This document shows, piece by piece, positions 1 to 13,105 of a DNA stretch of 64,000 nt; the first letter of the stretch is position 1; every line of letters starts with the position of its first letter. The notes beneath the pieces were generated by a model. That model worked only from the letters and a program-made list of their open reading frames with translations. It made no database searches and was not told the DNA's origin. The position numbers and the translations under genes are program-made. Source of the stretch: Tubiluchus corallicola (lineage: Eukaryota; Animalia; Priapulida). Location: positions 34,106-98,105 of the forward strand of contig JAQGDQ010000771.1 in the NCBI GenBank assembly GCA_030141605.1, read 5' to 3'.

Positions 1-895
1 CGCAGAGTGAAAAACACAAAGCCTTCATATTAATAGCAAAAACGTATAATTGTTACATTGAATTAAAAATAAACTTTGTCCAGCTAATTTACGGATACCA
101 TGAATCATTTACAACGCGGAAATAATTTCTAATCGGTGAAATGATGGCGGAATAAAGTAATTTTATGAATATTGATTTCTTGTGAGGTCAAAGGTCAACC
201 TTTTCCCGTGAAAGGAAGAAAATGACATTCTAACCTCCTTTCAGAAATCGTCAGCGTGATCTTGTTACAACATGTTACTGCCAAGCGGGTCTAAGGCATG
301 CCCGCTTTCAACACTACGGGAAGCTGATGATCAGAAGATGAGAGCACAGCTGATGTTAATCACTCCATTCTGAAACCATTTCCTCTCGGGAAGCTTACAA
401 CATGCATAGTAAACACTACCGACTACCCAAATGACGCTCGCATTACAATGATAAAGAGAATTTTGTCATCTCTCCGCCCTTTCTCCGCCCCGTCTATTCT
501 GTTTTAAGATCATTAATAAAAACAGGTGCAACTGCTTTTGTTCCTACTGACGCTATGCGATACTAATTTGCTAGATTTATTACACGAGGAAACCATGACA
601 CATACGCTCGGTTGTAAAACGCTCCAATTGCACACGCAAGAATAATGCAACGTCATTTGAGGAATACAAGATGCGAAAACTGAGGTGGCGAAGTGCATGT
701 AAAATAAGGGAAGACTGGAAAAAGCATATATGATTATCATATGTGACAATGGGATCATCTGGAAAACCAGTAAAATCGGTAGACATGTGATTTTCAAACG
801 GTAGTCATTGTCAGCAATATTGGCAATATTGTTTACACTATGTAATGTATTATTTTGTATAAAAAACATTAACATTTCAATCACTGGTGTCCAAG

Positions 896-1318
896 ATGAT
901 GTTCTCTTTAACCACTCAATTGACATAGCTAGGGTATGATGTTCTCTTTAACCACTCAATCGACATAGCTAGGATATGATGTTCTCTTTAGCCACTCAAT
1001 CGACATAGCTAGGATATGATGTTCTCTTTAACCACTCAATCGACATAGCTAGGATATGATGTTCTCTTTAACCACTCAATCGACATAGCTAGGATATGAT
1101 GTTCTCTTTAACCACTCAATCGACATAGCTAGGATATGATGTTCTCTTTAACCACTCAATCGACATAGCTAGGATATGATGTTCTCTTTAACCACTCAAT
1201 CGACATAGCTAGGATATGATGTTCTCTTTAACCACTCAATCGACATAGCTAGGATATGATGTTCTCTTTAACCACTCAATCGACATAGCTAGGATATGAT
1301 GTTCTCTTTAACCACTCA
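896..1318. repeat. 40-bp minisatellite (gatgttctctttaaccactcaatcgacatagctaggatat), about 10.5 copies, runs into the gap
   Basis: Near-identical head-to-tail units with no spacers. Confidence 0.97.
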
Positions 1319-2018
1319 NNNNNNNNNNNNNNNNNNNNNNNNNNNNNNNNNNNNNNNNNNNNNNNNNNNNNNNNNNNNNNNNNNNNNNNNNNNNNNNNNN
1401 NNNNNNNNNNNNNNNNNNNNNNNNNNNNNNNNNNNNNNNNNNNNNNNNNNNNNNNNNNNNNNNNNNNNNNNNNNNNNNNNNNNNNNNNNNNNNNNNNNNN
1501 NNNNNNNNNNNNNNNNNNNNNNNNNNNNNNNNNNNNNNNNNNNNNNNNNNNNNNNNNNNNNNNNNNNNNNNNNNNNNNNNNNNNNNNNNNNNNNNNNNNN
1601 NNNNNNNNNNNNNNNNNNNNNNNNNNNNNNNNNNNNNNNNNNNNNNNNNNNNNNNNNNNNNNNNNNNNNNNNNNNNNNNNNNNNNNNNNNNNNNNNNNNN
1701 NNNNNNNNNNNNNNNNNNNNNNNNNNNNNNNNNNNNNNNNNNNNNNNNNNNNNNNNNNNNNNNNNNNNNNNNNNNNNNNNNNNNNNNNNNNNNNNNNNNN
1801 NNNNNNNNNNNNNNNNNNNNNNNNNNNNNNNNNNNNNNNNNNNNNNNNNNNNNNNNNNNNNNNNNNNNNNNNNNNNNNNNNNNNNNNNNNNNNNNNNNNN
1901 NNNNNNNNNNNNNNNNNNNNNNNNNNNNNNNNNNNNNNNNNNNNNNNNNNNNNNNNNNNNNNNNNNNNNNNNNNNNNNNNNNNNNNNNNNNNNNNNNNNN
2001 NNNNNNNNNNNNNNNNNN
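1319..2018. other. Assembly gap (700 N)
   Basis: Run of N; ORFs crossing it are artefacts. Confidence 1.
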
Positions 2019-2580
2019 AAATTTGTTAGGTTTCCCATAAATCTCATACAAAAATACTAAAAATACAAAGTGGGCGGCGAAAGATTTAAAAGATATTCTT
2101 ATCAATAAAGCATGTTTATCATGCTTACCTCATGTATCGAAAATAACCACAATAAACGCAAAAGCGCTATAAAAACACTATTTGCCTTGATCCCAATTAT
2201 GCAAGATTTGATAGTATGACGAATTGACGATTGTACCACTTGTACCCACATCTCATTAAATTCAACTATATATTTCCTTCAACTAGACACTAGATAAGGC
2301 TTAACACAACCACATATAAATTGTGACTACAATATATCTTAATAAATGCATACGAAACCTATCCAAACCTGCTGGCATTGGTATAATGTTCGCTTGTCGG
2401 CAAATACAAAGACGCGGACAAGATCTAGACGACACTCAAGACCAGTTCACACCACTTGCAGACCCAAATCGCCGCTTCACCTACTTTTTGGTCAAATAAA
2501 ACCAACGTAAAGCACCCCACTGCTACTGGACAGTAAAAACAGCAACTAAATCCTGTAGGAATGCACGAGACGGGAGTAAG

Positions 2581-3011
2581 TACGCTAGTAAACTCACACC
2601 ATAATACACCATAATGCAACTTTGTGAAGTTGATCCAAACAGTATGTTACAACATAATTATTGTTTCACAAAAAACCCTGGATTAAAACTGGGCGAATCA
2701 AACTCATCAAATAAGCGTTCTACAGTGCGATATGGCCGTCTGTGAAGTGAACAAGGGTTGCGATCAGCAGCTTTGGCAGGGTACAGTGGCTTTACGCTAG
2801 TAAACTCACACAACAATGCACCATATCATGTAACTTTGTGAAGTTGATTCAAACAGTATGTTACAACATAATTATTGTTTCACAAAAAAAAACTCACAAA
2901 AAAAACCTGGATTAAAACTGGACGAATCAAACTTATCAAATAACCGTTCTACAGTGTGCCATGGCCGTCTGTGAAGTGAACAAGGGTTGCGATCAGCAGC
3001 TTTGGCAGGGT
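2581..3011. repeat. Local tandem duplication, about 210 bp x2
   Basis: tacgctagtaaactcacac...cagcagctttggcagggt at 2581-2782 and 2793-3011. Confidence 0.93.
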
Positions 3012-3446
3012 GTATAAATCCCTTCCTGTCCCAAATGCCTCTCACACAAAGAAGTCTTTGAAACTGACGGAGGGGGGAACTCGACTGTTTAGCTTGCAGA
3101 CAATTTATCACAGCCGATGTTTAGTAAACACTCCGCCACGTCTAGAAATCTCATATTCTACATTCATGAAACGTTAACTAAAATGTCATCACGATAGTAA
3201 TTATGGACTACCATCCTAGCAGGGATGTTCAGGGGAAAAATCCCATGAAAGGAGAGTTACTGGAGAGGCACTATGCAGCGCCCAACCCACGCCATTACAG
3301 TCCCGAAGCGATCTAGTAATTATTAACATGACAATGTACAAAGCGGAAACTCCCCAACGGAAAGGGATTTAGCACGTTCTTCTGCATGATGTAATACAGT
3401 CTACAACATAGAAGGGTTCAGTGGGATAGTTGAATAAGCGTTTTCC

Positions 3447-3580
3447 AGGTTTCGTTGTGCGCACGCGCAGTTACTGTAAGTCAAACACTAAGCGTACCAC
3501 AGCAACGCACCGTCACGTGACGTGAGTGTAAAGCAAAGCCGTCTGCGGCATGAGTTCAGTAACGTCAGTTGTTTTACATG
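3447..3580 (+). repeat. Dispersed repeat, second copy at about 37681-37820
   Basis: Shared gtttcgttgtgcgcac...ccgtcacgtgacgt...gtaaagcaaagccgtctgc...gtcagttgtttta. Confidence 0.8.
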
Positions 3581-4136
3581 GAGTTTACTTAATTATGCAC
3601 TAGCTTGTGTGTACAGTGATTTCCTAGCAAGATCTTGCTTGGAACAACAAAAAATGAACTAGGTAAAGTTCTAGCAAGCTGTTAAAACACATTAAAACTG
3701 TTACTATATCAATAGCATGGGCTGCAAGGCGTTGTCAAGTGTAGGCAAATGCGTTACCTGGTACACTTAACCTTTGACCTTTTCGAGAACATCATCAATC
3801 GCTGGAAATGTGAAAAGTCTTATTATATAAGTATTTTAACTCAGAGTTACTACTCTTAGAGCTCCTTCCATGTATGAAATAAAGACTTGATACCCATAGC
3901 AAACTTCACGTGAATGAAATGTCAATACAAAAACACATAAAATTCAATTTTGAAATACGAAAATAGCAACTGTGATGCAGATGACTGTGGGACGTGCTTA
4001 TTATTATGCAGCATACGTAACACAATTGTCCTCATAATAACTACTAATGGCAAACCCCGACTTCATTAAGCTCGTCATTAACTGAACAGTAAATAGATTT
4101 GCCAATCTGCTCTGCGGCTCAAGAATCTCATATAAC

Positions 4137-4459
4137 CAACTCTAATAATACAGCCAATGTTGCTGGCTTAGAAAGATTACGAAATCACAAACTTTATTTG
4201 AAACTTGTCGCCGCCATGAGAGGCAGAGGAGCGATCTCTACTAGCCACTCAGTGTGCAAACAAAGAAATCACGCCAAAGTAAAATAAACATGATACTGAT
4301 GCTCAACTAACTCTAATAACAGCCAATGTTGATGGCTTAGAAAGATTACAAAATCACAAATTTTACTTAGAACTTGTCCCCTTCATGAGAGGCAGAGAAG
4401 CGACCTCTATTGGCCGCTCAGTGTGCAAACAAAGAAATCACGCCAAAGTAAAATAAACA
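4137..4459. repeat. Local tandem duplication, about 170 bp x2
   Basis: aactctaataa..cagccaatgttg..tggcttagaaagattac...cgccaaagtaaaataaaca occurs twice. Confidence 0.92.
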
Positions 4460-5019
4460 CGCAAGTGACTTTAAAAAACAAACTTTCTATTGTGTTCAGT
4501 CAGAGTCAGACAAATAGAAAGAATCGATAACAAGAATAGATGTACAGTTAGCAGAGATCTAGTAGCACTCACACAGACAATTTCGCAGAAGGGATTTTCA
4601 ATCTGTATGATAACACATAAAACTAGTCGTTGAGCTTGAATAACGATGCACTGGCAACAAGAAAATGATTATACTCTAAAATCAATAGTTTTCTTAGCGT
4701 TCAGTGCCCAGCAAAGATGTGCTGTTGGTTTTTCTATATACAGGTAGAAAAAATATTCTCGTCAATATTAACTCGTCAATATTCGGCATGCCAAATAATA
4801 AATAATGATCAACTCATTAAACCAATTCTCAGGAATGTAATGTAATGTAAAATTTATTTATATAACGCACTACATCATTTAAAATGTATACGTATTCAGC
4901 GTGTCTAGTTTTCATTCGTAAGTTTTCCACTGTATCGGAAAGCTTTGTTGATTTTATTTTTGTCGAAGTTTTTCCTAGATTTTCCCCTTTCGTTTGTGAT
5001 TGTCAGTTTTTTGTTAATA

Positions 5020-5535
5020 ATAATGTAAAGTAAAATTTATTTAAACAGCGCACCACATCATTCTCAGCATATTGTACAATAAAATACATTTGAAATTCAT
5101 AAGAAACAGAAAATTTAAAAGATACAGTATTAAAAATTTCGTCATAAAAGTACAATTTAAACAAATGCGTTTAAGATGTTGCTTGAAACAATCTAATCAA
5201 TTTGTAGAACGTTTAGCAACAGGTAAGTTATTCCAGAGAAGCAGAGCAGAGACAGAAAAAACTTTTCACCATAGAATACTGTATTAAGAATTAGCTGATG
5301 TAAATTAATTTATTCGTTAGCATTAGAACGAAGTGTTTATAGGCCATGTTACGACATATTAAAAGATCCCTAAGATATGCAGGTGCCTAACCACGCAGTT
5401 TTTGTACGTGATACAAAGAATTTTAAATTGAATTCGGAACTTTATCGGGAGCCGATGCAACTCTTATAGAATGGGTGTAATATGATCATATTTTCTAGTT
5501 TTCGTGATAAGACGCGCAGCAGTGTGCCATACGTG
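5020..5535 (-). mobile_element. Degraded L2-clade LINE 3' fragment
   Basis: Minus-strand translation TAARLITKTRKYDHITPIL*ELHRLPIKFRIQFKIL...LWNNLP...FKQHL matches the typical L2 ORF2 C-terminus; stops/frameshifts; second L2-like tail with (TTACA)n at about 4835-4880. Confidence 0.85.
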
Positions 5536-6604
5536 AACTAAATACAAATGAGAATTACCACTGTAGAACTTTTTCGACCGCAAATGACAATAAAATTGTT
5601 TAATTAGCAGCACAAAAGCATTAAATCAGATTTTATTTCCTGACAATGGAACGGGTATTATTGTTACATCCTATTTAACGAATTCCTTTGAGTATACAAT
5701 AGCAAAGGTTAATTACAAACGAAAACACTCGGTCCGCTTTGTAACACCAAACTTAAAGCAAAACAATCGGTCATTCATAAAGCAGAATTATGCAACCTAA
5801 GAACCCGTTTTGTTCACAGCAAATAAGGGAGTCTTCCGATACTCATTTAAAGCAATTTATTACAAAATCAGAAACTTACACAAGAGCAAATATACTTTGG
5901 ACACAACGAAACGCCAAATTAGCACACTAAACTAAAATGTGAAAATAAAAAAATAGTTGAAAACTGATTGATTATAATTTGACAGATATAAAAAAATGCT
6001 TTCATTGGCGTGCTGTGAATTTTATACGTTTTTAGACAACCAGCGTAAAAAATTTCGTTAATCACAAGTATCACTAATAAGTCTGATTTCTTTTTTCGAA
6101 TCACAAGCCAGACGGAAGCTCAAATACCACTGATTGTTTGCCAAAGTATTTAGGTAAATTCCCGAGGGTCATTGGCTGAACATCACTGCAAACTTTCTGA
6201 CTGTAGGAGTGTGTAGAAGTATGTCCAGTACAGTGTGGGAGCCTCTACTGCCACGAAAAAGTCCCATTTGTCATTTGAGTCGCGTAGTTGTCAAGCTATT
6301 CCAGTGTACATAAAGGGGCTGCCATGTGCATTTGTTGAGTGCTTTTTGATTGGCTCTTTAAAAGAGAAACCTAGTGGGTCTTTAAACGGCTTATGAATTC
6401 AGCATCGTCCGAGACGCTAACAAAAAAACTGTCAGAATTACAATTATTATAGAATACCATAAGCTATACATTAAATTATCAAGTTGCACGCATTAAGTAT
6501 ACACATTTTACTATATGTAAAACTACAATATTTTTTAGCAAACCATTAGTATTGTAATACTGCTTTAGAAACATATTTCGCAACATGTCGAAATTAAAGT
6601 ACAG

Positions 6605-6970
6605 GAGCTTGTTTTTGTTGTTGTTGTCAATGGTGGTTGTGTTGTTGTTATCAATGGTGGTGGTGTGGTTGTTGTCGTTGTTGTCAATGGTGGTGGTGGT
6701 GGTGGTGTGGTTGTTGTTGTTGTTGTCAATGGTGGTGGTGTTGTTGCCAATGGTATTGGTGGTGGTGGTGTTGTTGTCAATGGTGGTGGTGTTGTTGTTG
6801 TCAATGGTGGTGGTGTGGTGTTGTTGTCAATGGTGGTGGTGTGGTGTTTTTGTCAATGGTGGTGGTGTTGTTGTTGTCAATGGTGGTGGTGGTGCTGTTG
6901 TTGTCAATGGTGGTGGTGGTGTTGCTGCTGCTGCTGCTACTACTACTACTATTGTTGTTGCTGCTGTTGT
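6605..6970. repeat. Compound (GTT/GGT)-rich simple repeat, unit about gttgttgtcaatggtggtggt
   Basis: Low complexity; explains the overlapping homopolymeric ORFs. Confidence 0.95.
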
Positions 6971-7891
6971 TAAACATGCTAACAAATACTGAAAGTGGCA
7001 ACGGAGGCGGTGCTTGCTGCCGGTAGTGAATATACTTCATACTACGATGCCATTCAAGATTCGGATTGGAATCTTTCCATCAGATTGCACACCAGTAATT
7101 ATTTTATTAATTAACCAGAATCATATTGATATTACATGCATTCTTGGACCTATGCCAGCAACCACTGAGCAGCGTTCTGCAAAACTTAAAATTTGATTGT
7201 GTTCAAAGACCAGCACCGCCTGTGATGTGAGACAGTAACCGATACGTGCAACCTGCAATCAAAGGATCCCTTGTTTGACAAGTAGAAAATCACATGTTAG
7301 TTGAGCAAATTTTTCAAACAAGTTTCATTGTACTCAGCCGGGGTAGCAACCCAGAACGTGTCAAAAACGCTCGTACGGGGAGTCAAAAACCAAATCTTCA
7401 CAACAGTGTGAAGAGTGCTAACCAGAACTAAGTTGAAACAGCCCTACCCCCCCCCCCCCCAAAAAAAAATTCCAAAGGCGCCGAGACAAAAGGCAGTCTA
7501 GCATGATGTGATACAACATTATAAAGAAAGAAGATTTTCGATATTGCCTGTTTCAAATGTTCAGCTACTTTTATCGAACATTGTCTTGCCGTTCCGCTTA
7601 CATCATACATGTACTTTCTTAAATATTCATTTCGATGTAAGAGCAAAAAAAATTCAAGAAAACAATCCTCACCTATTATTTGATGTATTTTGGCAATAAT
7701 AAATCAAGGTAATTTAGTCATGCAGGTAAAAAAGTCACAGGTAAAAAAAATCACAGAAAAAATAGATAACCCTAACCCTAAGTTATTAAACAAACGTGAT
7801 TTTTTTCCCACATTCATGTATATGCAATGCCACCATATATAAATAGCGTGTCAATATGTACAAGTCATGTGTTGCCAGTTAATAATTGATC

Positions 7892-8359
7892 CAGGGATGA
7901 GAATGACAAATTGCAAAAAACTCTGAAACAGGCCGAGGCGTTGGGGGGTTTGTTGCTGAGCCAGCAACAAATTGCAATTTTGTGACCATAAAATATCAGT
8001 TACCTTGTTTCGTGCATAATTTAAAATACCCAACTGTCAAGGATACATGATACCTAATTGTCTCAAAAATGCCTAAGTACTGGCCGCTCCTATGCAAAAG
8101 TATATAAAAACTGTCTGCAATTGATTCAAATAACTCAGCACAATTGATTCTATATTTTTATACATAGAGATATACACGTGGTTACACAGATGTACGTGAT
8201 GTAAACAAAGTGACGGCCTGCCAACTAGCGGTCAACTTGTGAAATAATGTACTGTGTCCGTAAAATTTTCTCAACGAATTTACGCGATTTACAAAAATGG
8301 CACTACTGGTCTTTCAAAAACTCGGAATTCCGCGTATCCGCGGAAAATTCTCATCCCTG
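7892..8359. mobile_element. hAT-like MITE
   Basis: 13-bp perfect TIR cagggatgagaat / attctcatccctg; TSD not intact (ttgatc vs ctgatc); nested in an older element with aaaagtcacagg / cctgtcac ends (about 7720-8530). Confidence 0.65.
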
Positions 8360-9190
8360 CTGATCTAAGATGTTTCCTGTTTTATTACCTTAATTGTTTA
8401 CAGTACTTAAATAAATTATGACTGACTTGAACATGATTGTTTGATTACCGGACTTTCCTGCCTACCCATAATTGTGACGTTTTCCTGTGAATTTCTGGGT
8501 GACTTGTTTTCCTGTCACTACTACCGGTCACCGGTACGAAAAACCTACCTTAGCAACGTAGTTTTTAATTACTAAACTAACGCAGCACATGTTAGAAAAC
8601 TACAATATCAAAAAAAGTAAAGCAAGTTATCAGATCATCCTCGCTTTTTACAGAATTTTAAAAATATCAATTTCAAAAGCATTTATAAATTGTAAATACG
8701 GTGGTTAAGGAACACATTAATAGCTAAAGTGAACTTAATTTTCATTTTTGACAGCTTACAAGAACAAGACGCTGAATATATTCGTGACAACGCATAAGAA
8801 TTTCTGGTCCAAAACCTGTCTGGGCAACGTATCTAGTTTCATGAGTACAAACCATATGGAATTTACGGAGTAAACATTAGTGTTTGCAAACTGGTTCCCT
8901 TAGTTACAAAGATGAAAAGTCAATGTTCATACACATCATCTGTCACGCATAATTTCATGAATTTATACAGTCTATAGCCATATTACACAAAATAATTGAA
9001 AGATGTTATAAAATACCTTTAGCTTTTTGTACATTAAAAGCGGAGGTTACTGGTTATTAGGTCGTGCGCGTAAACCTTTTACAAACAGAGCTATATTCCT
9101 TTTAAAATTATATGTATACACTAGTCCAGAATGCGAAGCATTCAATTACTTGCTTACTGAGTTTTTTCTGCCCACCTGCTTGGATATGTC

Positions 9191-9192
<2 letters not shown>

Positions 9193-9235
<43 letters not shown>

Positions 9236-11720
9236 TTCTTTATTTGTCATAAAAACGGTTCCCTCATTATAATAAAATTGAGTTAGCCTCAGCGTAATGT
9301 TAAAATAACAACACTGTTCAAGACAAATGCGTCCAGTGCATACTAAAAAACTAAAGTGCAAACTATATACAATATAATGAACATATTTACAAATACCATA
9401 TTAAAATATTTTTACAAACAATTATAGGAAAGTACATTAAATTTTACATTACATAGTGCACACTATTTATACATTTAACATAACGAAACACGAAACTAAC
9501 ATAACACGTATTACATTACATAATTTTTTTTAAAAAATTTCATTTTTAATCATTATATGGAGTCAGGGGCGGGGGTAGATGAAAGTGGAGTCCGTGTAAT
9601 TAGTATCAGATGCACAATGTGGAAGTTGAAACCTGTTATATTGATATTCTTTTAATTTCTTTTTAAAGTGGTGGAGAGATTCTATTTGTTTTATTTCACT
9701 GGGTAGTAAGTTCCATAAATGTATGGCCTGTTTTGATATAGAGTTATTTCCAAATTTATTGTTTACTGTAATTTGCTTTAAATTGTATGGTCTAGTGTTC
9801 AATGTGGTATCAGGAATAAATGCTAAGGGATTGTTTATAAATGGAATGCTCAGTTTATTTATATATTTATAAAGAAATATCAGTGTTTTGTAATCTCGAT
9901 AGGCTTCTAGTATTGGTATTTTTGTGGACGTTCTTAAGCTTGTTGCAGAAGCAGCATGTTGTTTAGCAGTTTTGTTAGAGTAGCCATGAATTAATCTAAG
10001 TGCGTAGTTTTGCATTGTATTTAGTTTTCTAAAGTTTTCATATTTAACGTTTTGAAGTAAAGTGCAACCATATAGATAATGTGGTAATATTAGACTTTTG
10101 TAGATGAGAATTTTTTTTTTCTTGGTTAGATGGCCTCTGGTTTGGCGTAAGAATGTCGTGCTTAATGCCATCTTGTTGTGTATTTGATGAAACTGTTCAT
10201 CCCAAGTGAGTTTATTGTCGACAGTAATGCGTAAAAATTTTACAGTTTTTGCTTGTTCTATGGAACAGTCACCTACTTTTAGTGTTGCATTAGAAGTAAT
10301 GTCATTGGATTTGGGTGATATTACCATAAATTCTGTCTTATCATCATTCATTTTTAAACCAAAATAGTTAAATGCTGCATTTATATTTGTTATGTCTTTT
10401 TCTAGATTATTTTTTGATGTTAGAAAGTCTGCGTGTGCTGTATAGAGTGTTGTATCATCGGCATATTGTGTTAAGTCTGAATTATGTAAAACTAAATGAA
10501 TTTTATTAACGTATAAACAAAAGAGTAATGGACCTAATATCGTACCTTGTGGGATGCCTCTCTGTGGTGTGTCCCATGTTGAAAAAGTGTGTTTGTTCAG
10601 TTTGACTCTTTGTTTTCTAATGTGTAGGTAATTATTAATTACTTTGAGAGAAGTATAATCGAATCCTAATTGGCGTAAGTTGTCTAGTAGTAAATTGTGA
10701 TCGAGGCTGTCAAAAGCTTTACTTAGATCTAAAAATGCTGCTGTTATATATTTATTTTTATTTAAGTTGTAACGCCACTTTTCAGTGGCATCAATTATCG
10801 CGTCTATTGTAGAATGTAGTTTTCTAAAACCAAATTGATGATTTGACAGTAACTTATTATTTTCAATGTAATGGTTTATTTGGTTGTAGATAACTCTTTC
10901 AAATACTTTGGCTAGTACGTGCACTACTGAGATTGGTCTGTAGTTTTTAGCATCATCTTTAGCATCTTTCTTGTGTATTGGAGTTATGTTTGCTTGTTTA
11001 CACACTGCTGGAAATTCTGAGCGCATTAAGACTTGGTTTGTGATATATGTTAGATGAGGAGTAATGATGCTGGCACAGTCTTTTAAGATCTTTATTGGCA
11101 TGTCTGAGGGTCCACTTCCTTTATTTATATTTAAACTGTTTAATATTCTAAAGATGTCGTATTCTGTGACGCTAGTAAATGAGAAAGTGGATTGTATTAC
11201 TGATTGGTTTTTGTATATATTGTGTATATTTGCATTATGTTGGTGTGGCAAGTTGTCAAATTTTCCGAGATTGATAAATGTGGAATTTAATTTGTTAGCA
11301 ATGTCAACTGGATCAGATATTATACTGTCATTTTCTCGTAAACTATTTATTTGTAATTGATCGTTTCTGTATCTGTTAAGTACGTCATTAATTAAACGCC
11401 ATTTTTGTTTAGGTGTAGTTGCATCATTGCATTTATTAATATAATATTTATTTTTGAGTTTCCTGTTGTAGCTATTAAATTTATTTCGTGCCTTTTTGTA
11501 ATTATTGTAATTGCTTTTACCTTTTAAATGTAAATATGTTCTATATAATTCATTTTTATTGTGTCTTAGTTTTGCGAGTTCTGTATCCGCCCAAGGGCAG
11601 GCAGATTTTGCATTAAATTGCTGCTGATGTATTTTAATTTTTTTATACGGTGCATAGATATCCAGGCAGTATTCCATATTATTTATTAATGTGTTTATTT
11701 GCATGTCAATGTCAGTCGTT
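9193..11720 (-). mobile_element. 5'-truncated non-LTR retrotransposon (L2/CR1 group) with 3' UTR, AATAAA and (TA)n tail
   Basis: RT ORF, about 330-bp AT-rich 3' UTR, tttatt at about 9239-9244 and (TA)n at 9193-9231; no endonuclease domain or ORF1; no clear TSD. Confidence 0.93.
9563..11704 (-). CDS. LINE ORF2 reverse transcriptase, N-terminally truncated (713 aa)
   Basis: Motifs NYRPIS, QFGFRKLHST, FLDLSKAFDSLDH, GIPQGTILGPLLF, YADDT, C-terminal LWNLLP...FKKKLK; no internal stops; the ATG is an internal Met near the truncation point. Confidence 0.96.
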   Translation of the reverse strand: MQINTLINNMEYCLDIYAPYKKIKIHQQQFNAKSACPWADTELAKLRHNKNELYRTYLHLKGKSNYNNYKKARNKFNSYNRKLKNKYYINKCNDATTPKQKWRLINDVLNRYRNDQLQINSLRENDSIISDPVDIANKLNSTFINLGKFDNLPHQHNANIHNIYKNQSVIQSTFSFTSVTEYDIFRILNSLNINKGSGPSDMPIKILKDCASIITPHLTYITNQVLMRSEFPAVCKQANITPIHKKDAKDDAKNYRPISVVHVLAKVFERVIYNQINHYIENNKLLSNHQFGFRKLHSTIDAIIDATEKWRYNLNKNKYITAAFLDLSKAFDSLDHNLLLDNLRQLGFDYTSLKVINNYLHIRKQRVKLNKHTFSTWDTPQRGIPQGTILGPLLFCLYVNKIHLVLHNSDLTQYADDTTLYTAHADFLTSKNNLEKDITNINAAFNYFGLKMNDDKTEFMVISPKSNDITSNATLKVGDCSIEQAKTVKFLRITVDNKLTWDEQFHQIHNKMALSTTFLRQTRGHLTKKKKILIYKSLILPHYLYGCTLLQNVKYENFRKLNTMQNYALRLIHGYSNKTAKQHAASATSLRTSTKIPILEAYRDYKTLIFLYKYINKLSIPFINNPLAFIPDTTLNTRPYNLKQITVNNKFGNNSISKQAIHLWNLLPSEIKQIESLHHFKKKLKEYQYNRFQLPHCASDTNYTDSTFIYPRP

Positions 11721-12618
11721 TGCCGTTTGCAAACACCGTTTGCAATTTAAAACACCGTTTGCCGTTTCCACGTAAGGTTGGAAATCTTACGTGACGTCAC
11801 AACATGAAAATTGTTTAAAAACTTATTACATGAATGAGACAAGCATCACGGCTAAATAGATATCTTTATAGAGTTACTTCCTGAGTGAGTTTCACTGATT
11901 ACCAAAATAGTACGCGTTCTACACAGATGCAGGTGTGTGTGTATACGTTGATAACATTGCATAACAGTACGTACATGTATAACTCTTATCTTACGAAACG
12001 AAGTCATAAATTCTGATAGAAAATGTCCTAAAATCATTCAGGCGAAAACATATGAATTTAAATTATGTTAATTAAAATTTTACGGGCACTTCGTGTCGCA
12101 TAAATAACAGTTCGTTTAACAAGTTAGGCAATTCGAACAAGCCACAGATGAGAGCTCTGTAAATCTTGTGTTGGTACGGAAGGAAATTTCACAACGGGGG
12201 GGGGGTGAAAAACACAAGTTTAAGGTTAATGTTTTTTTTACTTGACAAAAGTGCGGATACGTTCAAATATCCTCTTAAATTTTCAGAAATTCAAAAAAAA
12301 TAATGACGATGTTCTATTTTTTTCTTCTGATAAACATATCTGTAAACATTGTCTGTACACTGGTGAACAGTGCAAAACAATTTACGAGGATTTACTAAAC
12401 CAAATTTGATTGCAGAAAGCCAGAAACTATTATTAACTCAAAAAGCTACGAACAAAACATTTGCCGTACCACAAATGCTTTAATGGCAGCCGGTACAAAG
12501 GTGGTGCAGAATGTTAGCGATTTTTGAAATCCAAACCTTGAATGATTATAAAACAAATTATCTGCCCTGGAAATAACTCACTCTTTGCCTTGAAAATGCT
12601 CAGTTGGTTTGCCCTGCA

Positions 12619-13105
12619 AAGGCTACCACCCCCACCCCCCGGCAGACCCCTGCGATCTCGTACGCGTATGCAACCCTACCACCTCCGAATGTAGAAATAT
12701 GAAACAATAGGCTACCCACAATTATTAGTTTGGTAAACATGAATTCAATATGCCAGGCACAGCTCGCTGTAAGTTTACCAAAGGCTACCATCCCCACCCC
12801 ACAGACCCCTCCGATCTCGTACGCGTATGCAACCCTACCACCTCCGAATGTAGAAATATGAAACAATAGGCTACCCACAATTATTAGTTTGGTAAACATG
12901 AATTCAATATGCCAGGCACAGCTCGCTGTAAGTTTGTCAAAGGCTACCATCCCCACCCCACAGACGCCCTCCGATCTCGTACGCGTATGCAACCCTACCA
13001 CCTCCGAATGTAGAAATATGAAACAATAGGCTACCCACAATTATTAGTTTGGTAAACATGAATTCAATATGCCAGGCACAGCTCGCTGTAAGTTTACCAA
13101 AGGCT
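12619..13105. repeat. About 160-bp tandem repeat x3
   Basis: aaggct units start at 12619, 12781, 12940, 13100 (partial). Confidence 0.96.

Noticed and set aside
896-1318. CRISPR-like array (also considered for the 30-, 37-, 50- and 75-bp arrays)
   Set aside because: Units are head-to-tail with no unique spacers; no cas genes; eukaryotic context
1296-2105. ORFs of 243-265 aa
   Set aside because: Composed of N gap
6350-6390. Histone 3' stem-loop (ggctcttt...)
   Set aside because: Stem does not match consensus and there is no histone ORF upstream
6565-7040. Cys/Trp-, Val/Gly- or Thr/Pro-rich (mucin-like) proteins
   Set aside because: Simple repeat open in nearly all frames; no convincing splice context
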